Position numbers and translations under genes: made by a program
Origin: Octopus sinensis
Lineage: Eukaryota
Direction of reading: 5' to 3'
Assembly: GCF_006345805.1 (NCBI RefSeq)
Contig: NW_021833708.1
Span: 9,209 to 73,208 of the forward strand
Length of the DNA: 64,000 nucleotides
Notes under the pieces: model-generated
The model's database searches: none
What the model was told of the DNA's origin: nothing
What the model saw: only the letters and a program-made list of their open reading frames with translations
Part shown: piece after piece, positions 22,401 to 33,019 of the stretch
Layout of the letters: every line of letters begins with the position of its first letter
Numbering within the stretch: the first letter of the stretch is position 1

Positions 22401-25400
22401 CCCCCTAGACAGAAGCAGCTAGCGCCGCAGCTCATCAAACGTCCCACTTAACCTGTTATCTTATGTTCCTCCTGTTTTGAAATGTGTCACTGCCTCAACC
22501 GGCTATCTCCTTCCAGCCCCCTCCCCCACTCGTGATATCCTACGTTTTACTTCCTACTTTTCATTCTGTCTAGAACCTGCCACCAACCCTACCTGTCATC
22601 GTTTCTCTTTACCCCAAACCTTCCACTCTGGTGCTCCCCTATATTACATGCACACACCCCACTTTCTCTCCCTCTCTTCTCTCTGCCGGAACCCTCCCCC
22701 TGTCGCAATGCAACGAAAAAAGGCAATAACCGATCGTGGCCGATGCCAGACCCCTCTGGCACCTGTGCAGGTGGCATGTAAAAAGCACCCACTACACTTG
22801 CGGAGTGGTTGGCGTTAGGAAGGGCATCCAGCTGTAGAAACACTGCCAGATCAGACTAGAGCCTGGGGCAGCCCCTGGCTCCCCAGACCCCAGTCAAACC
22901 CGTGCTAGCGCAGAAAACGGACGTTAAACGATGATGATGATGATGATGATGAATTCTGACACAAAGCCAGCAAGGTCAGGGAGGGGATAAGTCAATTACA
23001 ACAGCCCCAGTTTTCAACTGGTACTTATTTTATCAACAGCAAGGTAAAGTCAACGCAGCTGAATTTGAACTCAGCATGTAAAGGCAGACGAAATGCCAGA
23101 AAGCATTTTGCTCCGTGTGCTAATGATTCTGCCAGCTTGCAGCCTTAAGACCACACAACAATAATAAGAACAATAAACAGAAAATACAGTTGTTAGTGGA
23201 TCAAACGAAAAACACTATTTTGATGACATTCACATGATTGCTTGTGTTGACAGATATACCTCACCATCCACCCCTGACTATTTTAGAGTTCGGTGACCTC
23301 CATGAAAATGTAGTACTAAATAATAAAGTGAATGAACACATTTTGAAATTGCTATTTAGAAGTAAATAGGATTTATCTGTCTACCAACAATTTTTTCTCT
23401 CTCTCTCTTCTCTGACTCAATCAGTTGTCATGTACGCTTTCATGTGAAAATAACCTAAAACACACACTAACAATGCGTATGTCATCATCATCATCATCAT
23501 TTAACGTCTGTTGTCCATGCTGGCATGGATTGGTCTGTTTGACTGGGATGGCATGTTGGAAGGCTGCACCTTAGTCAGCCTTTGATATTTTCAGCCCACC
23601 CTTGTATGTGTATGTTAATGTGACACTTGTATACACACAAATCTGCTTGTATGTAATTGTTTACAGAAGAATTTATGATGTACTCTTGCTGGTTACTGTT
23701 GTGCCCCTTAATATTCTGTACTCTAAACATGTCCACAACGAAATATTTTATTATAAATGAATGTTAATGATGGGATGTGTTAATATTTTGTTCCACAGGT
23801 GTCGGTGGTGTCAAGAGAAAAAGGCTACTGTCACACTCCATCCATGTCAACATACTGTTATTTGTCAGAATTGCTGTTCTCAAATGACATTTAAGCAATG
23901 CCCCATATGTCGACAACACATACTCCGGAAAAGTGGATTTGGTAAGAACATTCTTTCTTGATCTGTCTGTTGTCTCATTAACTTTCTGGTATGGAATAAT
24001 GCATTTCATATTGTAGTGGAGACATGCAACTCCTTGTTTGTAACTATATATTATTAACACTTGTTATAATGTTTGCCATCCTTTTAGACATTTTATACTC
24101 ACACTCGTTAGTTTTTAGATGTGATCAATGCTAAAAGAGACATTGTTTTCTGACTCTTTCACCTTTTGGCTTTACTTTTGAGTTGATTCGTTTTAATTCG
24201 AACATGAAGCCTGGTCATTGCTCCAAGGTGGTATCAGAAAGTTCACGGACTAGTTCTGTAGCATGCCAACAGATGGCAGCACACCGTTGCATGCACAGTG
24301 AGAGCTAGCAATGACTTTCATGAGGCGGTGTGCTGGGTGACACCACTGCGTTTACTTCAAAAGTTGTGAAATTTGTGCTTTTGTGGTCATTTGTAGGCTG
24401 TAGTCTGCAATTTTCTAATGGGCAGGAACAAATAACCAATGTGAAATTTTGCGTTAAACTTGTCCAGCAAAGACATAAGAAAGAAGCAACAAAACTAAGA
24501 GAAAAAGAGTGTTATGAAGTGATAACTAATGAGAGAATTTCAGAGTTGTTAGATTAGTATATAGGATGTCTTAAGAGAAAGATGAGATTTTGAAAGGTTT
24601 CCCCATTTTGTTCTTGTTGTAAATATTGAACTATTATATAGTAACAGCTTAGAAAGTGTTGACCGAAAGCATAGTGGTCACCAATTGACTATTGATGATA
24701 TGAATGCCTTACAATAATGGAATATAGATTATTAAAAGAGACAAACAAATTTTACTATGAAGTATAAAACTTTGAAATGCTTATTTCAGTGTGTCCAAAG
24801 TTTGAAGAGAAAGCAGTCCAGGCGGTTGTAGAGTCTGTTGGTAAGTATAAAATAACTGTAATTGATTTCTATAAATTTTACCTTCACCTGAGATGTTTAT
24901 TGTGTGAATGACTGAGAACAGGTTCCATTCTTAATTTCCAATTCTTATTTCAGAGTGTCCAAGGTGTAGAGAAAAAAAAAGTCAGACGTTGCAGAATCTT
25001 TTGGTGAGTATAAAATAACTGTAATTGATTCTATAAATTTACCTTCACCTGAATGTATTATTTGTGTGAATGACTGAGAACAGGTTCCATTCTTAATTTC
25101 CAATCTTATTTAGTGTGTCCAAGTCTGAAGAGAAAGCGGTCCAGACGGTGCAGAATCTTTTGGTGAGTATAAAATAACTGTAAGATTTCTATAATTTTAC
25201 TTCACCTGAAATATTATTTGTGTGAATGACTGAGAACAGGTTCCATTCTTAATTTCCAATTCTTATTTCAGTGTGTCCAAAGTCTGAAGAGAAAGCGGTC
25301 CAGACGGTTGCAGAATCTTTTGGTGAGTATAAAATAACTGTAACTGATTTCTATAAATTTTACCTTCACCTGAAATATATTATTTGTGTGAATGACTGAG

Positions 25401-28400
25401 AACAGGTTCCATTCTTACATTTCTTTCAAATGGATAGTGATAAAAGTAATTCTATTCACTACCTACAAATGCAAGAATATACAATAAAGGGATTTTTATC
25501 GAAATATGGAATCATGAGACATAGGAAAAAGGTCCCACACGATAAGGAAAATATAGAAAAAAAGATAAAATATAAATCCTGCAGCGATTCTCTCCCCATA
25601 ATGAGACACATTCACTTTTCTCTCATCTTATTGTTATCTATATCACCACCTTGATTATATATTCTTGAATATCATTTCTTATATACCATTTCAGATATTT
25701 TTCCTTTGCAACAATTGGTGTATGAACATTTGTGTTTCATTTAAGATGTTTTGTGCAAGTATACAGTTTTAGGATACTTGTTATCACTTTCTGTTTTACC
25801 TGTGTAGAACTAATCATTGCTCATCAGGAAAGGAAACTATTTCATTAAGGAGTCTTAAATATTTCCTGTATCAGATGAAATTCTGGTGAACTGTGAGTTG
25901 CATAGTTTAAAATTAAAGATTAAAAGCAGCAACGTTTGACAAAGATAACAGGTGTGACATGAGTTTGTGTCAAGGTCGTTGATGACCAGCTTGGTTGACA
26001 TCAGAATTAAGCAAAAGAAGAGGGGAATGTTGATTAGTGAAGTCCAGTGGTGAGGGGACAATGCCATGTCATTGGTTTAGCATGGATACAAGAGATACAT
26101 GTGATCATTAAATAAGATGATTGCAACGTTGTTAGATTAAGTAGGATGTCTTAATAGAAAAAGGAGGCTTAGGAAGGTCAGTCTATTTTATTATGGGCCT
26201 AAATATTGAGCCATTATATAGGACCACGGTAGAAAGTATAAAACTATCAACCAAACCTTTAGTGGTCAGCAGTTGTCCATTGATGATAGGAATGTCTTAC
26301 AATAATAAAATATAAACCATTAACAGAGATCGGGAAATTGTGCTATGAAGTGTAAAATTTGGAAATATTTATTTCAGATTCTGTAATGGTAGAGGAGAAG
26401 CATCTTCATTGGGTGTCCAGAAGCTTGGCAGGTAAATGGCAGGAACTTGGTGAGTATAAAATACCCAATTAATTTCTATAAATTTTGCTTTCAGCTAAGC
26501 TTTTGTTTGTTTGAATGACTGAGAACCGGTTCCATTCCTAATTTCCAATTGAAAGTTTAGCTATAAAGTAAAGCTATCACTGAAATTTCATAAAATATCT
26601 ACGGACGTCAGCACGGTTGTAAAATGAATAAATTAGAAGGTCCAGTAGAGTTAATACTATCGTTTGTAAAAGGGGACTCAAAAATATTGTCATTTAAGAG
26701 TAAACAGGTGAATTAATGACAATGTTTTTGCTTGTTTACACTTTTAGTAATTTTACTGGTAGGTTGAGGCAGATATCTCCCTTAATCTGGCAGAATTAAG
26801 GGGAAAGGGTTCCAGATGTGCCATCATGTTTTCTCTTGGGTGAAGAGGACCATAATATCAAATGCAACCTTTTTAAAATGAGAGTGTGCATTGTGTGGGA
26901 CATGTTGTCATCTCTCCCCTGGCCAGTCTGTTTTTCTATATTTATTGTAATTCTTTAGTCCCAGGTCAACATATATTTCCTGTCTCTATAGAAGACAGGC
27001 CCCATTGTCGATTGTGTTCATGGCTGGATTGAACTCAGCATTGTAAGTTAATGAAACACTCATTTATATTAGAAAAAAAGAATCTCAACAGAAAATTCAA
27101 ACTCAACTCAATTTTGTTCTCAATTGAAATCATTTCACTCTCCTTTACATTACAAATGTCACATGGAAAGGCATGAACATCACAATATCCCATTTCCCCT
27201 TGTCTGACAGTTTAACAACATAAAATATCATTTATACTATTATTTACAGCAATGCCCCTATTATTTACAGCAATGTCTTCTACCTCCCTATGGTACCTAT
27301 ATACATCTAGATAGACTGCAGCATAGAGAAATGTCTTTACAAGTACTTTTGAGCTATACTGGGGACTAGACTTGACTCAAGAGATCATGATAATATCCCC
27401 TGAGTCAGCTGATATAAATCATCATCATCATCATTTGACATCCATTTTCCATGCTGGTATGAGTTGGATGGTTTGACTGAAGTCTGGAGAGCCAATGGCT
27501 GCACCAGGCTCCAATCTGATCTGGCAGTGTTTCTACAGCTGGATGCCCTTCTTAGTGCCAAACGCTCCGAGTGAGTAGTGGGTGCTTTTTATGTGCCGCC
27601 AGCATGGAAGTCAGTCAGGTGGTCCTGGCATCAGTCATGTTTGGATGGTCCTTTTTACGTGCCACCAGCACATGGAGTCAGTCAGATCACACTGGCATTC
27701 ACCACATTCAGATGATGGCTTTCATGTGCCACCAGAACGGGGGCTAGTCAGGGGGCACTGGCCACAGCTGCAATTTTGGTTTTACTTGACTCAACAGGTC
27801 TTCTCAAGCATATCATATCACCCAATGCATCGAGGGTGCTCTTAAATGGGCCGGACATGCAACACTGGCATTGGCCATGGCTACGATCTCATTTTAGTTG
27901 CCGGGTTTTCTCAATCACAGCATATTTCTCAAATCTTGGTCTCCTGTCATTGCCCCTGTGAGGCCCAATGTTCGAAGGCCATGCTTCATCATCTCATCCC
28001 ATGTCTTCCTGGATATACCTCTTCCACAGGTTCCTTCTACAGTTAGGAAGTGGCACTTCTTCACACAGTCGTCCTCATCCATACGTAACACATGACCATA
28101 CCAGCGTAGTCATCTCTCTTGCACACCATGTTTAATGCTTCTCATGTCCAACATGTCCTCAGCAGTCATGGCCCATGTTTCACTGCCATGTAGCATGGAA
28201 GTTCGCACTCAGAAACGATTTATCTAAATTAAGAAAGGACATCATCTACAACATTGCCAGCTTGCTATATGTCTGGGAGTCATACAAGATGTACCAGTCA
28301 TATACTGGGCAAAAATCAATCCACTAACACCAGGTCCATTATCATCATCCCCTTACATCCATTTTTCTAAGTTTGTAATGGTCAGACGACTTTTCCCAGA

Positions 28401-30202
28401 GTCGTTGTGGTCCTTTGTCAGGTTTGATCGCTTGTTTCCTTCAACTTGATTTCCAGGCATTTCTTTATCCAAATTTCATCCTCCATGTCCCTTCTATATC
28501 TATACTATTATCTTTTTTCTTGTACACTATCACAGATTTTTCAACACATTAACATTACACATTTAGTGATGTGTGCTCATCTCACTTCCTGCCAGTTTCC
28601 ATGCATCCTCCACATTCCATGTAACATTGCAATTTCTCCTTCATTTGGAGACAGAATCCCTTAGTTGCCAGTAGACCTAACAGCTCCCTGTACATTTTTC
28701 ATCTCATTTTCCTTCTAACTACTGTGCTTTCAGAATAGTCTCCTCCACTTCTAATTCTGTCTCTTAGGTCACAGAAACTATCAACTATGCCTTTATTACT
28801 TGTACCTACTACAAACTTATCCTGTATATCTGCTACTTACAAAGTCCTTCCCTAACCTTAACCTGCCCTCCCTGTAAACTTGCTTGTTTGTGGATGCAGT
28901 GATTCTTTCAGGACCCAAGTGTTGTAGGTGTATGGCGTAGATGTTGGTGATTCTTGTCTTATTGCCTACAAACTAAAACTCTTCTCATTGCTAAGGCCTC
29001 TCCTGTATTAAATACTTTGAAATTGTGGCCTTGATCCAGTGAAAGAAGTTCTTGTTATAAGTCATGAATCCAAAAACCTTAAGCCAGTGCCCTCTATAGT
29101 ATGTGATATTTACCTAACAGTATTTTATTTTTACTTTCTGTGGTTGAAATCATTTAGGTTCATAATCCCCATTTTTGAAATATTTTTAAATGTTGATAAT
29201 TTTGAAATTTCTATTAATCATAGGTGGAAAGACATCACAAATGACTATTTCAGGCATTGATCACAGGATGTTATCAAACGACTGCGATTGTATTCCTCCA
29301 AAGAGTCTCTGGAGTAACGTTACTCAACAAGGTGTGCAGGCTGGAGATTTGGGGTCTCTCCAGGTCAAGTGACTGCTTCTCTGCATTGAGAATTCACAGC
29401 TCCAGTACTCCTGGCATGTGATTAAAATGTCACAGGAAAGAACCACAAGAGGGATTCTTCAAGCTGAGCCAACCGACAGGAGACCTAGGGGTAGAGCAAG
29501 AATGAGATGGTTGGATGATATCCATAGTTTCAATTGGTCATGTTTGGAAATCCTTTCAGAACTTCTAATGAAGGTTGCTTCTGATAGAATTGCATGAAGG
29601 AGGTGCCTGAAGACTCTACCCCTAAAACTCTCCTATGAATAGAGCCCAGAGAAGATGGACAGATGGATAAAATTATCTAACTATTGGTGGTCTTTGTTGA
29701 TTCTTTAGGCTCTCATACACTTCTTCTGCCAGTTGTTCACCAGGCATTTTCTCTTGTGTAATTTTCAATTAATTTTTTTTAAATATTCTTCTTCTTCTCC
29801 AGCCTTTTTTTCAAATTCTTTGCTATTTTTATCAACATCTTTAGAAATAGATAACAATGTCTTCTAATTTCCCTGTTTCTTAAGTATCTCTCACTCTTCT
29901 ATTCACATAATTTCTTTGTCGTAATTAATACAGGTTTTATATTATCATTAATGCTGTTGTAATTATTTCTTATTTCTTTTGCAGGAAGGGAATTAGGAAT
30001 TAAACAAGATGACCTGGAAATCATCAGGCATGACTATTCCTCCAGCGTTGTGGAACAAGGTTTCCAGATGCTGCTCAAATGGTGTCGAAGCAATGACCCA
30101 GAGAAACGTACACTTCGAATATTAAAAGCAGCTCTTGAAAGAACTGACTGTTTCGGTGCAATTGAATGTTTATCATCAGAATTCAATCGAATTTCTTTGT
30201 AA
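4568..30202 (+). CDS. Multi-exon ankyrin-repeat / C3HC4 RING / Death-domain protein (Mind bomb-like E3 ubiquitin ligase derivative), about 700-740 aa; possibly disrupted at exon 5
   Basis: Hand-assembled AG/GT exons with matching phases: 4568-4651, 6265-6416, 10401-10557, 11432-12198, 14219-14254, 19719-19931, 21628-21806, 23799-23941, micro-exons 24790-24840/24954-25003/25114-25162/25272-25322, 26378-26449, 29985-30202 (TAA). The translation gives continuous ankyrin consensus, then RING, then Death domain. Resemblance to the MIB1/2 ANK-RING region is by motif recognition, not a database search. Confidence 0.85.
4810..5100 (-). mobile_element. Degenerate CR1/Jockey-like RT fragment
   Basis: [15 protein letters not shown]...I.V..DG..S..INSGMP resembles LINE RT motifs 3-4 (DxxKAFDxVWH...INSGVPQG). 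Confidence 0.45.
6265..6416 (+). CDS. Exon 2, ankyrin repeats: [51 protein letters not shown]
   Basis: Acceptor ttcttctcttcAG, donor GTAAGG; ankyrin motifs GANMD and GLTALHYA; ends in phase 2. Confidence 0.88.
7428..7835 (-). mobile_element. tRNA-derived SINE (octopus OK/OR-like family)
   Basis: gctgtgtggtaagtagcttgcttacc...ggttcagtcccactgcgtggcaccttgggcaagtgtc head; homologous copies at 17010-17300(-), 42462-42825(+), 46085-46250(+), 46478-46838(+), 49832-50235(-), 63340-63510(-). Confidence 0.8.
8282..8661 (-). mobile_element. tRNA-derived SINE (third family)
   Basis: Reverse complement begins gtggaggcgcaatggcccagtggttagggcagtggactcgcggtcataggatcgcggttttgattccc (tRNA-like A/B boxes); flanked by (TA)n. 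Confidence 0.65.
10401..10557 (+). CDS. Exon 3, ankyrin repeats: [52 protein letters not shown]
   Basis: Acceptor ttccttttAG, donor GTTAGC; canonical GDTPLHLA; phase 2 in, phase 0 out. Confidence 0.92.
11432..12198 (+). CDS. Exon 4 (767 bp) encoding seven tandem 34-aa ankyrin repeats plus the start of an eighth
   Basis: Acceptor atcttttttAG at 11430-11431, donor GTAAGT at 12199; in frame with ORF 11534..12202; repeated [31 protein letters not shown]. Confidence 0.95.
11453..12166 (+). repeat. Coding minisatellite, 7 x 102 bp (34 codons)
   Basis: Units start at 11453, 11555, 11657, 11759, 11861, 11963 and 12065. Codons 12-23 and 25-30 are nucleotide-identical in units 1-6. Confidence 0.97.
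12985..13440 (+). mobile_element. Mariner/Tc1 transposon remnant
   Basis: TA|CGAGGGGG terminus; decayed transposase N-terminus [29 protein letters not shown]...[17 protein letters not shown]. Confidence 0.7.
14219..14254 (+). CDS. Exon 5 (36 nt as assembled, 37 needed): (K)QQYGVVS/VMLAQ with an apparent 1-bp deletion near 14240
   Basis: Acceptor actttcAG, donor GTTAGT. The incoming phase-2 frame reads QQYGVVS then TGA (14241-14243). Adding one base gives QQYGVVSVMLAQ, which completes the ankyrin repeat and restores phase 0 for exon 6. Confidence 0.7.
14570..14835 (+). mobile_element. SINE-like element: tRNA-like head + (AAT)n + hammerhead-like motif
   Basis: A box TGGCATAGTGG at 14574-14584, degenerate B box near 14617, (AAT)n at 14642-14685, hammerhead-like core at 14745-14788. 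Confidence 0.55.
15625..15895. mobile_element. Two converging RTE apurinic-endonuclease fragments
   Basis: + strand [38 protein letters not shown] and - strand [37 protein letters not shown]. Confidence 0.7.
17748..19360. repeat. ~470-bp satellite, ~1.4 forward copies followed by ~2 inverted copies (foldback)
   Basis: tagcgtaaaaac-tcataagagaaaaaatttcg occurs at 17748 and ~18216; reverse complements run from 18414 to 19350. Confidence 0.9.
19719..19931 (+). CDS. Exon 6, ankyrin repeats: [71 protein letters not shown]
   Basis: Acceptor ttacttccacaaAG, donor GTAAGT; 71 codons; ankyrin motifs. Confidence 0.9.
21628..21806 (+). CDS. Exon 7, terminal ankyrin: [60 protein letters not shown]
   Basis: Acceptor catttgcAG, donor GTAAGT; [18 protein letters not shown] resembles the last MIB ankyrin preceding the RING. 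Confidence 0.9.
23799..23941 (+). CDS. Exon 8, C3HC4 RING finger: [47 protein letters not shown]
   Basis: Acceptor ttgttccacAG, donor GTAAGA; C-x2-C-x11-C-x-H-x3-C-x2-C-x8-C-x2-C spacing of MIB/IAP type; phase 2 in, phase 1 out. Confidence 0.93.
24223..24470 (+). mobile_element. Mariner-like 5' remnant
   Basis: TIR-like aaggtggtatcagaaagttcacggac followed by [12 protein letters not shown] (mariner transposase start motif). Confidence 0.4.
24790..24840 (+). CDS. Micro-exon A (51 nt): [17 protein letters not shown]
   Basis: ttatttcAG acceptor, GTAAGT donor, phase 1-1, open frame. Confidence 0.75.
24954..25003 (+). CDS. Micro-exon B (50 nt as assembled): ECPRCREKK..., frame-breaking
   Basis: ttatttcAG acceptor, GTGAGT donor; one base short relative to copy D and contains a poly-A run. 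Confidence 0.5.
25114..25162 (+). CDS. Micro-exon C (49 nt as assembled), frame-breaking copy of D
   Basis: ttatttAG acceptor, GTGAGT donor; two single-base losses in short runs (aaag>aag, ggttg>ggtg) relative to D. Confidence 0.45.
25272..25322 (+). CDS. Micro-exon D (51 nt): [17 protein letters not shown]
   Basis: ttatttcAG acceptor, GTGAGT donor, phase 1-1, open frame. Confidence 0.75.
26378..26449 (+). CDS. Death-domain exon 1 (72 nt): [24 protein letters not shown]
   Basis: atttatttcAG acceptor, GTGAGT donor; L..VS..LG.KW.EL pattern of death-domain helices 1-2; phase 1-1. Confidence 0.85.
27420..28205 (-). mobile_element. RTE LINE 3' fragment with (GAT)n tail
   Basis: Minus strand reads [44 protein letters not shown], then the shared RTE tail. 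Confidence 0.65.
29985..30202 (+). CDS. Terminal exon, Death domain: [72 protein letters not shown]
   Basis: Acceptor tatttcttttgcAG; W-x-x-LGRELG...I...Y...EQ..QML..W...T...L..AL death-fold consensus; TAA at 30200-30202. Confidence 0.9.
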
Positions 30203-30448
30203 ATTGTTGCTGTTGCTTAGTCCCACATCTATCTTCACCACAGATCTATTATCAAATGCCTTCCATCCAGGACCATCCTGTCTTTTCCCTAAGTATAGAG
30301 AACAGAACCACATAGTTAAATGTGTCCTTCTTTAAGGCAACAGGTTTTGAATGGAGTAGGATTTGGTTACTAATTCTAGCAGATCTATCTACCACATGCA
30401 GACCCGCTTATTGGTTTGGCTCCCTCGTTGTTCGAGATTAACTGTGGA

Positions 30449-30454
30449 AATAAA
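30449..30454 (+). promoter_or_regulatory. Candidate polyadenylation signal AATAAA
   Basis: First AATAAA I found after the stop codon, about 250 nt downstream and followed by GT-rich sequence. Confidence 0.3.
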
Positions 30455-30714
30455 GACAAACTTTGAAATTTCATTTGTTGTTGTTGTTGTTGTTGTAAGT
30501 CCCAGCATCTCCCTAAACACTTCCATTGTTATAGAGACAGTTTAAATATCCTGTGGAATTTTTCAAAAAACGAAAGTTGTAAATTCCATTTTGTGAAACT
30601 TACTTAAAATGCACATTTTGTTTTCAAGTAGAACCTCCTTGTGGACACAATTGTCAGTCAATATACAGTTTCTATTTGTCTCAGCCAATATTTTTACATT
30701 AGCCTTCATCCAAA

Positions 30715-31040
30715 ATCTAGAAAAGGAAACTTACAGCTGACCACGAAAGCACCCAAAATCTCTCACTTCTGAACTTCTTCAAAGCAGCCTGGAAATTGAT
30801 CCAAAAAGAGATCCTCAGACGGTACTGGCCAAAATGTCTCTTCACACCAGACATTGGCATGAAACTAGAATATTTCATGTCTGTTATGCAAGCCATATGC
30901 CAGAAATATGTCCCAGAGCACAAGGCTAACACAAAAAAGAAGGAGATTCCAAGGGAGAGGAAGATCCTCATGAGAGACGGACAAAGGTTGCAAATCGTTT
31001 CAACCAACGTTCCAAAAGTAGCGAAAGGTCCCGCCTAAAA
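30715..31040 (+). mobile_element. CR1-like LINE linker fragment
   Basis: ...AICQKYVPEHKANTKKKEIPRERKILMR resembles the CR1/L2 endonuclease-RT linker. Confidence 0.4.
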
Positions 31041-31074
31041 ACAACATTGATGGAGATTGAAAAAAGCCTTGAAA

Positions 31075-32665
31075 AATATTGCCCAACCAGTTTGGAGAAG
31101 ATATAGGTTAGACAAAATGCAGCTCGGTTTTACCCTGGGGAGAAGTACGGCTGAGGCTATTTCTATAGTCAGGCAACTTCAAGAGAAATACTTAGCCAAG
31201 AATATACCATTACTCAGAAAGGATGAAAGGCAAAGTCGACCTTGGCGGAATTTGAACTCAGAACGTCAAGACATCCGAAATGAACTATAGAAAGCCTTCG
31301 ATAAAGCACATCTACTGTGCGCTGTCAGTAAGTTGAGAATTAACCACGAGAAAAGCAAAGAATTTGGTGTTCATCTAGGCTCAATCGTTAGTCCCCTACT
31401 TTTCATTATTGTCCTCCAGGCAATAACAGAGGAATTCAAAACTGTCGGCCTTTGGGAAGTACTTTATACTATCTTGCCCTCATAGCAGATTCTGTATCAG
31501 CGCTAGAAAAGAAATTCCGAGTATGGAAGCACAGCCTGGAATCTAAGGGCCTTAAGGTTAACTAAGCAAGAAAACAGACAAGACACTACCCACTTCAGGT
31601 ATGTGGCCCTGCCCGATTTGCAGGAAAGGTGTAGGCAGGAATTCCATATGGTATAGTGTGTGTAAGCTATGGACATACAAGGGGTACAGTGGAATGATAG
31701 GAAGGTTATCAGAGAAAGTAGTGTTCATATGTAGAAAATGCATACGAACCGTAAAAATTATAGATATTCATGAGATTGATTTTTTTAGATGTCCTTGAGG
31801 TTCTTGAAAGGTAGTGGATAATTCCTGCTAACTAGGGGATCAAATTAGTAGTGGGGGAGAATATACTACAAGTACAATAGCTAGAATAAGAATAGGATAG
31901 AGAAAATTTAGAGAGTTTTTAGCTCCGTTGGCAACGAAATATTTCTCTGATCTAGTGAAAAGAAGCGAATGTGATGCATGCATATGAACCGCAATTGTAC
32001 ACGGTAGCGAGACGTGGGGCCTGGAAGCAGAGGACATGCGATGGCTACAGAGGAATGAGGGTAGTATACTCCTCTGAATGTGTAATGTAAGTGTACATAC
32101 ACGACAGATTGTTAATCTGCTGAAGGCGAAGTTAGGTATAAGAGGGATTAGATGCAGTGTGCAAGAGAGAAGACTGCCTGAGTTTGGTCGTGAGATGCAG
32201 ATGGATACCGACAGCTTCATAAAGAAGTGACGTTCCCTCAAAGTGGATAAAACTCGTGGAAGTAGGAGACCCAGGAAGACATAGGTCGGAGTACTGAAAG
32301 ACACCCTCAGGAAGCAAAACTTTTCAGACAAGATGACAAAGGATTGCGATAACCTGGGGCCTTCTTGTACTCAAGACCTGCCCTCCACAACAGAAGTGTT
32401 AAAGCCGCAGCCCCTGGTGCAAAGGAATGATCTCCAAGAGTCCTCTGCTGGTGCCACGTAAAAATAACCCATACCAGTGCCATGAAAAGGTGATCGCGCC
32501 AGTGGCACATTAAAACCACGCCACAAACACTGTAGAAAGCGTATCCAGCTGTAGAACCCAAACCTCGTGCTGTTCTCCAGCTTGACAGCTGAGGTGAAAA
32601 CGTCCAACCCATGCCAGCATGGAAAACGAATGTTAAAGGATGCTGACGCTGATGCGGATGATGTT
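31075..32665 (+). mobile_element. Degenerate RTE LINE RT/3' half
   Basis: MQLGFTLGRSTAEAISIVRQLQEKYLAK, LGSIVSPLLFIIVLQAITEEFK, WPCPICRKGVGRNSI, HGSETW and the 3' tail; many stops and frameshifts. Confidence 0.8.
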
Positions 32666-33019
32666 GATGAAAGACAATGTATTACAACAGAAATGTAGTA
32701 AAAAAAAACAGAAAAAGGATTAAAACCATCCATCAAAACTTCAAATTAATTTGTTCTAAACGCCAGCTTAATAATAAATTTAATAATAATAATAATAATG
32801 ATGATGATGATGATATAATAATATTAATAATGATAATAATAATAATGATAATAATAGTAATAATAATAATAATAATAACGATAATAATAATGATAATGAT
32901 GATAATAATAATAATAAGCTTAATAATAAACTTGAAATTAATTTGTTCTAAACGCCAGCTTAATAATAAACTTAATAACAATAATAATAATAATAGTAGT
33001 AGTGTAGTAGTAGTAGTAG

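Larger units (their letters stand above)
24760..25415 (+). repeat. ~160-bp tandem exon+intron repeat, 4 copies
   Basis: Exon starts are spaced 164/160/158 bp; shared intron gtgagtataaaataactgtaa...gaatgactgagaacaggttccattcttaatttccaattcttatttcag. Confidence 0.93.

Noticed and set aside
22078-22700. C-rich stretch with Pro-rich ORFs, possible GIY-YIG or Penelope remnant
   Set aside because: No convincing motif in any frame.
4568-30202. Assigning gene symbol MIB1 or MIB2
   Set aside because: No MZM/REP domains seen, only one RING and an extra death domain; orthology cannot be shown without a phylogeny.
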